64,000 nt of DNA from positions 32,278-96,277 of the forward strand of contig CAMPAQ010000012.1 of the NCBI GenBank assembly GCA_946631995.1. The letters run 5' to 3'. The stretch is from an uncultured Bacteroidales bacterium. Lineage in GTDB: Bacteria > Bacteroidota > Bacteroidia > Bacteroidales > UBA3663. The translations under genes and the position numbers were made by a program. Shown one piece after another: positions 9,190-18,238 of the stretch. Every line of letters begins with the position of its first letter. Within the stretch, counting starts at the first letter, position 1. A model generated the notes under the pieces. The model worked only from the letters and a program-made list of their open reading frames with translations, did not search any database and was not told the DNA's origin.

Positions 9190-10479
9190 ATGAAATATCT
9201 CATCATTTTGGCCGATGGCGCAGCCGACGAACCCATCGACATGTTGGGCGGAAAGACACCGCTGCAGGCGGCCAACAAACCCAATATTGACCGCATCGCC
9301 CGCGAAGGCGTGAACGGACGACTCATCACCGTGCCCGAAGGCTTCCACCCGGGCAGCGAAATCGCCCACCTCGGACTTTTGGGCTACGATGTGGCCAAGG
9401 TCTTTGAAGGTCGCGGCTCGCTCGAAGCCGCCTCCATGCAGGTCAGCATTGACGACGACGAAGTGGCCATGCGCTGCAACATCATCTGCCTGGAGGGCGA
9501 CAACATCAAGAACCACTCGGCCGGCAACATCTCCAACGAAGAGGCAGCCGTGCTCATCGAACACCTCAACCAGCGCCTGCCGGAATTCGTCGCCAAGCAC
9601 AGCGATAACCCGATTTTGGCCAATGACCCGAACGCAATCCGCTTCTTCGAGGGCGTGAGCTACCGCCATCTGCTTAAGATCCGTGGCGGCAAGAAGTTCG
9701 TCCGCTGCACACCGCCTCACGACCGCATCGGCAAACCGTGGCGTCCGGAAATGCCATCGGCCGAAAATGCCGAATCGGAAGCCACGGCGCAGCTGCTACG
9801 CGACCTGATCCTGTGGAGCCAGGAGGTGCTCGGCCAACATCCCGTCAACCAAAAGCGCGTAGCGGAGGGCAAGGACCCGGCCAATTCCATCTGGCCATGG
9901 AGCCTGGGCTATCGGCCGCAGATGCAGACGCTGCACGAGCTGTTCCCCAACCGCATCCAGTCGGGCGCAGTCATATCGGCCGTCGATCTGATTTTCGGCA
10001 TCGGCGTCTATTGCGGCCTGAAGAAGGTCGAGGTGCCGGGCGCAACAGGTCTGTGGAACACCAACTACGAGGGCAAGCGCAATGCCGCACTACGCGAACT
10101 GCGCGACAAGGATTTCGTCTTCCTGCACGTTGAGGCCACCGACGAGGCCGGTCACGACGGCGATGCGGAACTGAAGAAACAGTGCGTCGAAATGTTGGAC
10201 GAAAAGGTTGTCGGCCCCATTCTCGAAAAGGTCGCCAGCTGGAAAGAGCCCGTCCGCGTGGCCATCCTGCCCGACCATCCGACGCCAATCAAATATCGCA
10301 CGCACACGATGACGCCTGTGCCGTTCGCCATCTGGCAGAACCATCCGTCAAAAGATGCCTCCGACCCCGCCATGATTGTGGCCGATGGTGTCCAGTCGTT
10401 CGACGAAGATGCCTGCTTCAACGGCGCGCTCGGCCTGCTGGAGAAAGATCAGTTCATAAGGGACTTCCTCGAAAAGTAA
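9190..10479 (+). CDS. apgM: cofactor-independent phosphoglycerate mutase family protein (proposed homoserine kinase substitute in the thr operon)
   Basis: ADGAADEP…TPLQAA, PGSEIA, HVEATDEAGHDG, PDHPTP. Lies between thrA and thrC. Confidence 0.88.
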   Translation: MKYLIILADGAADEPIDMLGGKTPLQAANKPNIDRIAREGVNGRLITVPEGFHPGSEIAHLGLLGYDVAKVFEGRGSLEAASMQVSIDDDEVAMRCNIICLEGDNIKNHSAGNISNEEAAVLIEHLNQRLPEFVAKHSDNPILANDPNAIRFFEGVSYRHLLKIRGGKKFVRCTPPHDRIGKPWRPEMPSAENAESEATAQLLRDLILWSQEVLGQHPVNQKRVAEGKDPANSIWPWSLGYRPQMQTLHELFPNRIQSGAVISAVDLIFGIGVYCGLKKVEVPGATGLWNTNYEGKRNAALRELRDKDFVFLHVEATDEAGHDGDAELKKQCVEMLDEKVVGPILEKVASWKEPVRVAILPDHPTPIKYRTHTMTPVPFAIWQNHPSKDASDPAMIVADGVQSFDEDACFNGALGLLEKDQFIRDFLEK

Positions 10480-10481
10480 TA

Positions 10482-10825
10482 GAAGGGGAGTGAAAATGGA
10501 GTGTAGAGACGCGCCATTGGCACGTCTCAGGGAGCGAAAGGGACGATAGCTCAAGCCGCCAGAATGGAACGTAACAGTTTACGCAACATCATCGCAGAGA
10601 GTCAAAAGGAACTCGGCAAGGCGGACAAGCTCCGATTCACGAACTACCAACAGAAGATTGTGCAAAAGATTTGAATTATAAATTAGAGGGAGCGAGCTGG
10701 TACTTGAACGCCTATGTTCAAGGCATCTGCAACAACCAAGGGATAAAAGAATGAGAGCGAGGTTCGGGACAAATGCAGCAAACGTCCCTTTAACTACACT
10801 TTTACTCCCCTTTAACTCCCTTTCA
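10482..10825. repeat. inverted-arm repeat cassette containing a GTAG-type REP and a four-helix-bundle remnant
   Basis: GGAGTGAAAATGGAGT…AAAGGGACG on the left; CGTCCCTTTAACTAC…TTTTACTCCCC on the right; GTAGAGACGCGCCATTGGCACGTCTC at ~10503-10528. Confidence 0.75.
10564..10754 (+). pseudogene. degenerate four-helix-bundle (23S rRNA IVP-like) gene remnant
   Basis: Fragments NIIAESQKELGKADKLRFTN and, in another frame, DLNYKLEGASWYLNAYVQGICNNQGIKE* resemble the IVP 'NIAEG.kk.sk.dk.rf.n' and C-terminal 'llnay' segments. Internally deleted. Confidence 0.55.
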
Positions 10826-10838
10826 AAACTCTTAGAAT

Positions 10839-12185
10839 ATGAAATATTACAGCACCAACCGCATCGCGCCTGAGGTCACCCTCAGCGATGCCGTCATCAA
10901 GGGATTGGCCCCCGACAAGGGTCTTTACATGCCCGAGCGCATCAATCCGCTGCCAGCATCGTTCTTCGAGCGGATGCAGGACATGTCATTGCAGGAAATC
11001 TCGTTCGAGGTGGCCAAGGCATTCTTCGGCGAGGACATCCCGGAGGCCGACCTCAAGCAGATTGTCTATGACACGCTCCAGTTCGACATCCCATTGGTCA
11101 AGGTCAACGAGCGGATCTACAGCCTCGAACTCTATCACGGCCCGACATGCGCATTCAAGGACGTCGGCGCACGTTTCATGGCCCGTCTGTTGAGCTACTT
11201 CGTCAAGCAGCACCCAAGCACCAAGGGCAACGTACACGTGCTCGTCGCCACATCGGGCGATACGGGTTCGGCTGTGGCCAATGGCTTCCTCGGCGTACCC
11301 GGCATCGACGTGACGGTGCTATATCCGAAGGGCAAAGTGAGCGAAATCCAGGAGAAGCAGTTCACCACCCTCGGCCAGAACATCACCGCGCTTGAAGTGG
11401 ATGGCGTGTTCGACGACTGCCAGCGTCTGGTCAAGGAGGCATTCATGGACAAGGAGCTGAACGACAAGTTCTTCCTCACTTCGGCCAACTCAATCAACGT
11501 AGCGCGTTTCCTGCCCCAGGCATTCTACTATTTCTACGCCTACGCACAGCTGAAGAAGGCCGGCAAGGCCGACAATGTGGTCATCTGTGTGCCATCGGGC
11601 AACTTCGGCAACATCTGCGCCGGCCTGTTCGGAGCCAAGATGGGTCTGCCCGTCAAGCGTTTCATCGCATCGAACAACGCCAACGACATCTTCTTCCAGT
11701 ATCTGGCCGATGGTCACTACAACCCACGCGCCACGCAGGCCACATTGGCCAACGCGATGGACGTCGGTGCTCCGTCGAACTTCGCACGCATCGTCAACCT
11801 GTATGGCGGCGGACAGCAGCTGAAGCGCGAGATTACGCCCGAGGAGGCTCATGAGGCCATCTGCCGCGAAATCAGCGGTGCGACCTACAACGACGAGCAG
11901 ATCAAGAAGGCCATGCAGTCGGCATTGAAGAACGACGGCTATGTGTGCGACCCACACGGCGCATGCGGCTATCAGGCGTTGGTCGATGGCTTGAAGCCGG
12001 GCGAGGTCGGCGTCTTCCTCGAAACGGCCCATCCGGCCAAGTTCAAGGATACGGTCGAACCAATCATCGGCCAAAAGGTCGAGATTCCGGCCACGCTCCA
12101 GAAGTTCATGAACGGCACGAAGCAGTCGCTTCCGATGTCAGCCGAGTTTGCCGACTTCAAGGCATTCCTGATGAAGAATCTATAA
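10839..12185 (+). CDS. thrC: threonine synthase
   Basis: GLAPDKGLYMP, ELYHGPTCAFKD (PLP lysine), ATSGDTG, SANSIN, PSGNFGN, ETAHPAKF. Confidence 0.97.
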   Translation: MKYYSTNRIAPEVTLSDAVIKGLAPDKGLYMPERINPLPASFFERMQDMSLQEISFEVAKAFFGEDIPEADLKQIVYDTLQFDIPLVKVNERIYSLELYHGPTCAFKDVGARFMARLLSYFVKQHPSTKGNVHVLVATSGDTGSAVANGFLGVPGIDVTVLYPKGKVSEIQEKQFTTLGQNITALEVDGVFDDCQRLVKEAFMDKELNDKFFLTSANSINVARFLPQAFYYFYAYAQLKKAGKADNVVICVPSGNFGNICAGLFGAKMGLPVKRFIASNNANDIFFQYLADGHYNPRATQATLANAMDVGAPSNFARIVNLYGGGQQLKREITPEEAHEAICREISGATYNDEQIKKAMQSALKNDGYVCDPHGACGYQALVDGLKPGEVGVFLETAHPAKFKDTVEPIIGQKVEIPATLQKFMNGTKQSLPMSAEFADFKAFLMKNL

Positions 12186-12204
12186 TTCGGGTATTGAAAG
12201 GCTA

Positions 12205-12365
12205 AAAAGGGGAGTAAAAGTGGAGTAAAAGGGACGATAGAAATATTTCGTCCACGAAATTTGCGTTATTAGTTGTTGGCCGATGCAATAACTCATGACT
12301 GGCAACTGAAAAACTCTTTTTGTAACGTCCTTTTTACTCCTTTTTTACTACCCTTTTACTCCCCT
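12205..12365. repeat. inverted-arm repeat (empty cassette)
   Basis: AAGGGGAGTAAAAGTGGAGTAAAAGGGACG … CGTCCTTTTTACTCC…TTTTACTCCCCTT. Confidence 0.8.
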
Positions 12366-12388
12366 TCATAGCCTTATACAGAAAAAAT

Positions 12389-13036
12389 ATGTCCAATAAC
12401 TCCAAAGGCGAAAAATTTAGCGCAATCACCCACACGGTAGGGCTCTGTCTGGTGCCCTGCATCGCGTGGGTGATTATTTGGTTGGGCTACTCGAAGAACT
12501 GGGAGATGGCTTTCGGCGCGACGTTCTTCACCGTGGGTATGCTGCTCATGTATCTGGCCTCGTGCTTCTATCACTGGAGCCGACCCGACGCCAGCAACAA
12601 GCGGTCGCTGCGCATCCTGGACCACTGTTCGGTCTATCTTCTCATCGCATCGAGCTACACGCCGATCTGCATGGGCCTGATTGAAGACGACCATTTCGTG
12701 GCTGGCTGGACGGCGTTCGGCATTATCTGGGCACTGTCGCTCACGGGCATCTTCCTGAAAATCTTCCTGTTCGAGCGATTGGCCAAGACCTCATTGGTGC
12801 TCTATCTGGTGCTCGGCTGGTCGATTCTCTACATCATCCCGTCGGTGCGCGAATGCATCGACCTGCGCGCCATCACGCTGATTCTGCTGGAGGGTGTGGC
12901 CTACACATCGGGCGTCTATTTCTTTGTGCACGACAAGGAGCCGCAACATCCTTACTATCACGGCATCTGGCACATCCACGTCATCCTCGGAACGCTGTTC
13001 CACTGGGGTGCGGTAGTGGCGATGACGCTGTCATAA
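12389..13036 (+). CDS. hemolysin III / PAQR family membrane protein
   Basis: E..SAITH, S..YH, LDHCSVYLLIASSYTP, HGIWHIHV; about 7 hydrophobic segments. Confidence 0.92.
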   Translation: MSNNSKGEKFSAITHTVGLCLVPCIAWVIIWLGYSKNWEMAFGATFFTVGMLLMYLASCFYHWSRPDASNKRSLRILDHCSVYLLIASSYTPICMGLIEDDHFVAGWTAFGIIWALSLTGIFLKIFLFERLAKTSLVLYLVLGWSILYIIPSVRECIDLRAITLILLEGVAYTSGVYFFVHDKEPQHPYYHGIWHIHVILGTLFHWGAVVAMTLS

Positions 13037-13048
13037 CTAACAGAGAAA

Positions 13049-14452
13049 TCAATAATTTATTACGGCGTATTTAATTCCTTTTTTTTTGGCTTGATTTACT
13101 AAATTTCCAATACCAGAGCTTTTCCCATCCCAAAAAGCGATTAATGCATCAGCTTCCGTAGTCATTTCTTCATTAGAAATCAAGATGGCATCTGAACCAT
13201 ACCTTCCCCATTCTGCAATATGTGGTTCTATGATAAATTCCAAATCTTCTGATAATTGTTTTATTAAGTAAGATGTAAAATCTGAATCAAATTGAATAAC
13301 AACAATTAAATGTGTTTTAATTTTTTCGGACAAAAAATACAATATTTTTTTCTTAAATAAATTATAATTATCAAAATAGCGACCAACTGCAATTATAACT
13401 TTATATTCAGGCTTTTCTGACAAAGGATTTAATGTTACTTCTTCGAAAGAAAAAGAACTTATACAAGCAGTTCTTCGTTTGTCAACAGAAAAACTGCTAC
13501 ACCTATCAGCTTCATCCATAGAAGGATATTCTGGCTTTCCATATTTTGTACTCAATCTACACTTCGCAGAAGACTCATATTGTGTCGCATAATAGAATTT
13601 GCACATATTACATCGACGCAATCCCTTATGTAATGACATCCATATTAAAGGTTCCCAAATATCGCATTTTCCATAATTATCTGAATTTATAATGTTAAGT
13701 TCGACAAGAGAATTTGACCTAACTTTGTATGACGCCATAGAACAGTCAACTTCTGTCAAACAACCATTACTTCCTAAATTCGGATTATACAAAAATCTCT
13801 GAATCTTTGTCAGATGTTTTTTTACTTTCTCCCTCTTAAAAGAATAGAATTTAATCTTTTCACTTTCGCACAGCTTGCTTTTGTCGCCTAAATCTTTTAT
13901 ATCCTGCTCATCCTTTATTTTTATTTCGATAATCTTCTGACCTGATTCCCTTTTCTCTTCGTCGCACTTATGGGATACCCATATTTCAATCAAAATTGGA
14001 GGCACATTTGGTTCTATGCTATTAGTTAGCAACAAATCTGCAATATAATCATCTATTGGAACTTCCTCTGTGCATGTGTCATAAAATTGCTTTAAATCTA
14101 CAGTTTGGCATAAATGATTTTGTGTGCATCTAATAGTTCTGTAATTACATTCAGTTTGGCTGCAGGTCTCATTAACACAATATTCTACCAGGAATTCCTT
14201 CGAGTTGTCAAATTTGTCTTTAATAATTTTTTTTGCAAGTTTGTGCAAATAAGTCTCTCCAGAACATTCTACCAATTCTTTATGATAAAAATGCGCTCTT
14301 CTATATATGCTATTAATTGCACGAGGCAAAAGTTCTTTACCACAGCCAATGCACCTAAACTTGTATTGGCTGCGGTTATCTTCTGTTATTTCATCAATGG
14401 AAACTATATTATCTCCATCGATGAATGCATATTGGTATTTGATTTCTGGCAT
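13049..14452 (-). CDS. CoiA-like Zn-finger/PD-(D/E)xK nuclease fused to a C-terminal DUF2493/SLOG-like domain
   Basis: CIGC…HFYH…CSGETYLHKLAK; YIADLLL…ILIEIWVSH; C-terminal KVIIAVGRYFDNY…AEWGRYG…NEEM..EADALIAFWDGKSSG. AT-rich single-gene insertion. Confidence 0.65.
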   Translation of the reverse strand: MPEIKYQYAFIDGDNIVSIDEITEDNRSQYKFRCIGCGKELLPRAINSIYRRAHFYHKELVECSGETYLHKLAKKIIKDKFDNSKEFLVEYCVNETCSQTECNYRTIRCTQNHLCQTVDLKQFYDTCTEEVPIDDYIADLLLTNSIEPNVPPILIEIWVSHKCDEEKRESGQKIIEIKIKDEQDIKDLGDKSKLCESEKIKFYSFKREKVKKHLTKIQRFLYNPNLGSNGCLTEVDCSMASYKVRSNSLVELNIINSDNYGKCDIWEPLIWMSLHKGLRRCNMCKFYYATQYESSAKCRLSTKYGKPEYPSMDEADRCSSFSVDKRRTACISSFSFEEVTLNPLSEKPEYKVIIAVGRYFDNYNLFKKKILYFLSEKIKTHLIVVIQFDSDFTSYLIKQLSEDLEFIIEPHIAEWGRYGSDAILISNEEMTTEADALIAFWDGKSSGIGNLVNQAKKKGIKYAVINY

Positions 14453-14492
14453 ACACAAAAAATCTTAAACAAACAAAAAAATCGGCCATGAA

Positions 14493-15104
14493 TCAGAACA
14501 ACCCGAACAGGGCCGAGTCGATCTGGTCGGTCACCTTGAGGAAGTCTTCGGGATTGGTCTCGAACTTGCAGGTGTCGCCGTCGATGATGATGACCTTGCC
14601 CTTGTAGGACGAAATCCACTCCTCATAGCGGTTGTTCAGGCCGGTCAGATAGTCGATGCGGATGGTCTGCTCGTAGTCGCGGCCACGCTTGGCAATCTGG
14701 GCGATGAGGTTCGGGATGCTGCTGCGGATGTAGATCATCAGGTCGGGCAGCTTGACAAGGCTCATCATCAGGTCGAAAAGCTCCGAATAGTTCTGGAAAT
14801 CACGGTCTTCCATCATGCCCATCTCGTGCAGGTTCGGGGCGAAGATGCGTGCGTCCTCGAAGATGGTGCGGTCTTGGATGATGATTTCCTTGCTACGCGA
14901 AATTTCGACTACATCCTTGAAGCGCTTGCTCAGGAAATAGACCTGAAGGTTGAACGACCAACGCTTCATATCCGCGTAGTAGTCAGCTAAATACGGATTG
15001 TTGTCAACTGGCTCGAAATTGGGTTTCCAGCCATATCTCTTGGCCAACATTTTGGTCAATGTGGTCTTGCCACAGCCGATGTTTCCGGCAACTGCGATGT
15101 GCAT
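14493..15104 (-). CDS. deoxynucleoside kinase
   Basis: IAVAGNIGCGKTT, NPYLADYY, QDRTIFED, RGRDYE. Confidence 0.95.
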   Translation of the reverse strand: MHIAVAGNIGCGKTTLTKMLAKRYGWKPNFEPVDNNPYLADYYADMKRWSFNLQVYFLSKRFKDVVEISRSKEIIIQDRTIFEDARIFAPNLHEMGMMEDRDFQNYSELFDLMMSLVKLPDLMIYIRSSIPNLIAQIAKRGRDYEQTIRIDYLTGLNNRYEEWISSYKGKVIIIDGDTCKFETNPEDFLKVTDQIDSALFGLF

Positions 15105-15142
15105 ATCTTTACAAATTACGAATTACAAATTACGAATTACTT

Positions 15143-15430
15143 TTTGTCTCCTGTGCGGAGGGCACTTCTGGACTCTCGCTAAAGCTCGTCTTCTCGCTGA
15201 ACGATTATCAATCGTTCTATTCGCTGCGAGGATCTTGCCTTGAAGCAAAGAAAAGAAGCAAAGAAAATTCAAGCCTTACGTTGCGCGGCCTGCAAAAAGG
15301 TGGTCTCGCTCGCTTGTAAGCCAAACTCGGCCTATCGGCCTCAAACAGTGCTTACTTTCTGCCTGCCGCTCCCGATTTCTCTGTCGGCCGCTCCACTATG
15401 GCAGTCACCAACCGCCGATTCGAGGACATG
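15143..15430 (+). repeat. ~290-bp structured dispersed element, copy A (with nested 57-bp unit at 15175-15231)
   Basis: Shares CAAGCCTTACGTTGCGCGGCCTG…TGTAAGCC.AACTCGGCCT.TCGGCCTCAAACA…CGCTCCACTATGGCAG with 20404-20688 (-) and 63706-63907 (+). Confidence 0.85.
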
Positions 15431-15488
15431 TGCCATTTGCCTTAATAAAAAAATCATCGAGCAAGGAACTGTCCACATTTGGTATATA

Positions 15489-15530
15489 CTCCCCCTCCCT
15501 ATCAACGGGAGGGGGCATGGGGGGTGGGTC
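15489..15530. repeat. CCCCTCC…GGAGGGG REP-like hairpin family
   Basis: CTCCCCCTCCC-tatcaac-GGGAGGGGG. Related copies at ~20279, 24928, 27186, 28132, 40169, 40377, 56202, 56339 and 60910. Confidence 0.8.
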
Positions 15531-15540
15531 TGGTGGTTGC

Positions 15541-16155
15541 TCAGAACAATCCGAACAGTGCCGAATCGATCTTGTCGGTAATCGAGCGGAAGTCGAGCGG
15601 ATTATGTTCGAAGTCGAGCGGATCCTTGTCGATGATCAGCATGCGGCCATGATATTTGTTGGCGATGAAATCCTCGTAGCGTTCGTTCAAGCCTTGCAGA
15701 TAGTCGATGCTGATGCTCTGTTCGTAGTCGCGGCCGCGTCGCTGGATGTTGCTGAAAAGGTGGGGCAACGAGGCGCGCAGATAAATCATCAGGTCGGGTT
15801 CGGGCACAAGTCCCATCATCTGCTCGAACAGTGCCATGAAGGTTTCGTAGTCGCGCCGCGAGAGGTTGCCCTGCGCGTAGTTGTTGGCCACAAACACATA
15901 GACGCCCTCGTAGATTGTGCGGTCCTGGATCACATCGTGGCCGCATCGGGCGATGTCGAGCAAATCCTCGAAACGGTGTTTCAGGAAATAGACCTCCAGA
16001 TTGAACGACCAGCGCAAAATATCCGCGTAGTAGTCCTCCAGATATGGATTGTCGGCCACAGCTTCGAACTTTGGTTCCCAGCCGTAGTGCTTGGCCAACA
16101 TGCGCGTGAGCGTCGATTTGCCGGAGCCGATATTGCCTGCGATTGCGATGTGCAT
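15541..16155 (-). CDS. deoxynucleoside kinase (second paralog)
   Basis: IAIAGNIGSGKST, QDRTIYEG, RGRDYE; same C-terminus (IDSALFGLF) as the adjacent paralog. Confidence 0.95.
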   Translation of the reverse strand: MHIAIAGNIGSGKSTLTRMLAKHYGWEPKFEAVADNPYLEDYYADILRWSFNLEVYFLKHRFEDLLDIARCGHDVIQDRTIYEGVYVFVANNYAQGNLSRRDYETFMALFEQMMGLVPEPDLMIYLRASLPHLFSNIQRRGRDYEQSISIDYLQGLNERYEDFIANKYHGRMLIIDKDPLDFEHNPLDFRSITDKIDSALFGLF

Positions 16156-16271
16156 TGTGTTTAAAGGCTTTTAAGGGGAGTAAAAGGGCATTGTAGAGAC
16201 GTTTCACGAAACGTCTCGGGAGTGAAAAGGTCGATACTTGAGTTTCGGCCAATGATTTTCACTCGCGTAGT

Positions 16272-17207
16272 TCATTCAAGGCCGATTTCTATCGTCATTT
16301 TCTCGTTGGCCAACACCGTATTGGGGAACAGCGAACGGGCCTCGTCGAGCAACGGCTGTTCCGATTCGGCGGTGAGGAACTGCGCGGAGAAGTGGCCGAG
16401 CACCAATTTGCCGACGTGGGCTTTCTGCGCTATCTGCGCCGCCTGTAATGCCGTGCTGTGGCCGCGCTGACGCGCCTTGGCAAGTTCGTCGTGCGTGTAG
16501 GTCGCCTCGTGGTAGAGCACGTCTGCACCCTCGATGATGGGCACGACGCTCTCGGCGTAGATGGTGTCGCTGCAATAGGCGTATTTGCGGCCGCGTTCGC
16601 TGGGAGTCGTGAGGAGGTCATTGGCCACAACCTTGCCGCTTTCGGGGTCGGTCCAGTCCATTCCCTTCTTGATGCCCTGATAGTAGGCGACGGGGATGCC
16701 CAGCTCTTCGCAACGGTCGGGCAACAGATGCCGGTCGCGCTGCTTCTCTTCGAACAGGAAGCCGCTGCAAGGCACGCGGTGGTGCAGCGGAACGGTGCGG
16801 ACGATGAGGGCGTGATCCTCGTAGATGATGCTGCTCTGTGTCGTGTCGAACGGCGCAAATCGCACCTCCATGCTCAGGTCCGGGCAGAAGAACTTGAACA
16901 GCGGGCTGAAGATCCGCTCCGTGTCAGCCGGCCCGTGAATGACGACCTCGCCGGTGCGTTGGCCCAGACCGAGCGTCGAAATCAGACCAGTCAGGCCGAG
17001 ACAGTGGTCGCCGTGCAGGTGGCTCAGGAAGATGTGGCCGATTTTCCCCATCGGCACGCGGCTGCGGCACAGTCCGACCTGAACGCCCTCGCCGCAATCG
17101 ACCAGAAAGCGGTTGCCGCGGAAATCGACGACCTGGGCCGACGGGCTGTGGCGCAATGTGGGTTTGGCGCTACCGCAACCCAATATCGTGACGTTGAAAC
17201 AATCCAT
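16272..17207 (-). CDS. rnz: ribonuclease Z
   Basis: ILGCGSAKP, DCGEG, SHLHGDH, YCSDT, HEATY, GHST, LGHFS. Start at MDCFNV. Confidence 0.95.
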   Translation of the reverse strand: MDCFNVTILGCGSAKPTLRHSPSAQVVDFRGNRFLVDCGEGVQVGLCRSRVPMGKIGHIFLSHLHGDHCLGLTGLISTLGLGQRTGEVVIHGPADTERIFSPLFKFFCPDLSMEVRFAPFDTTQSSIIYEDHALIVRTVPLHHRVPCSGFLFEEKQRDRHLLPDRCEELGIPVAYYQGIKKGMDWTDPESGKVVANDLLTTPSERGRKYAYCSDTIYAESVVPIIEGADVLYHEATYTHDELAKARQRGHSTALQAAQIAQKAHVGKLVLGHFSAQFLTAESEQPLLDEARSLFPNTVLANEKMTIEIGLE

Positions 17208-17407
17208 AGTTTTTTCGTTGAACGATGCCCATCGGCCGCCAGATTCTTGAGCCGGATACGGACAATCGGCCACAAAGATAGTCATTTTTTTTCACGCCCT
17301 TTTGCCGGAATCCGTAAAATCTTTTTTTCGTGGATGTCCGACGGAAACGGGAAAAATGTCTATTTTCGCGGGAACTTTCATCGGACAACAAAAAAAACGG
17401 ACTGAAC

Positions 17408-18067
17408 ATGAACAAATTTCTTACGGAATACGTCGAACGGGAAATCCTCCCCAAGTACGACAATTTCGATGCCGGACACAGGCGCGACCATGCTTTGGCC
17501 GTCATTGCCGAGGCATTGCGGCTCGCTGCTTTCTATCCGGTTGATGCGGATATGGTCTATGCGGCGGCGGCATATCACGACACGGGGCTGCGGGCCGACC
17601 GCAAGACGCATCACATCGAGTCGGGGCGCATTATCCGCGCGGACGGCAACCTGCGGCAGTGGTTTTCCGAGGCACAGATCGAGCAGATAGCGCAGGCGGC
17701 CGAAGATCATCGCGCATCGTCCGACCACGAACCGCGTAGCATCTACGGGAAAATCATCGCCGAAGCCGACCGCCAGATTGTGCCCGAAACCGTCATCCGG
17801 CGCACCGTGCAATACGGATTGGCGCACTATCCGACACTCAACAAGGAGGAACATTGGGCGAGGACGTGCGAGCACATGGCCGAGAAATACGACGTTGGCG
17901 GCTACCTGCAGCTCTGGGTTCCCGAATCGCGCAATGCCGACGGTCTGGCCCGGTTGCGCGAAATCATCCACGACAAGCAACGTCTGCGCGCCTGCTTCGA
18001 TGCGGCCTACGCGGAATGTATCGGACAAAAGGAGGTCGCCCGCAAAAATTCTGGAAAGGAAAGCTGA
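17408..18067 (+). CDS. HD-domain phosphohydrolase
   Basis: FDAGHRRDH, AAYHDTG, HHIESG, EDHRAS, IIAEAD. Confidence 0.88.
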   Translation: MNKFLTEYVEREILPKYDNFDAGHRRDHALAVIAEALRLAAFYPVDADMVYAAAAYHDTGLRADRKTHHIESGRIIRADGNLRQWFSEAQIEQIAQAAEDHRASSDHEPRSIYGKIIAEADRQIVPETVIRRTVQYGLAHYPTLNKEEHWARTCEHMAEKYDVGGYLQLWVPESRNADGLARLREIIHDKQRLRACFDAAYAECIGQKEVARKNSGKES

Positions 18068-18238
18068 AGAATTCGGCCGACTCCCCCCCGCTACGCGACT
18101 TTTTCCGCTGGAACAACACCAAACGCATACAGAGACAGCGCTGTATGCGTTTTTTTCGCTACATTTTTCCGCCCGCCTGCCGCAAGTCTCGAAAATTTCA
18201 GCTAAATTTACACGATTTTTTTCAGAAACACACAGAAA

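Noticed and set aside
15240-15581. 113-aa ORF across the structured element
   Set aside because: It spans two different repeat families and overlaps the dNK gene end; no coding signal.
14493-16155. Tandem deoxynucleoside kinases as a novel duplication
   Set aside because: Paired dNK genes are common in Bacteroidetes, and these two are well diverged.
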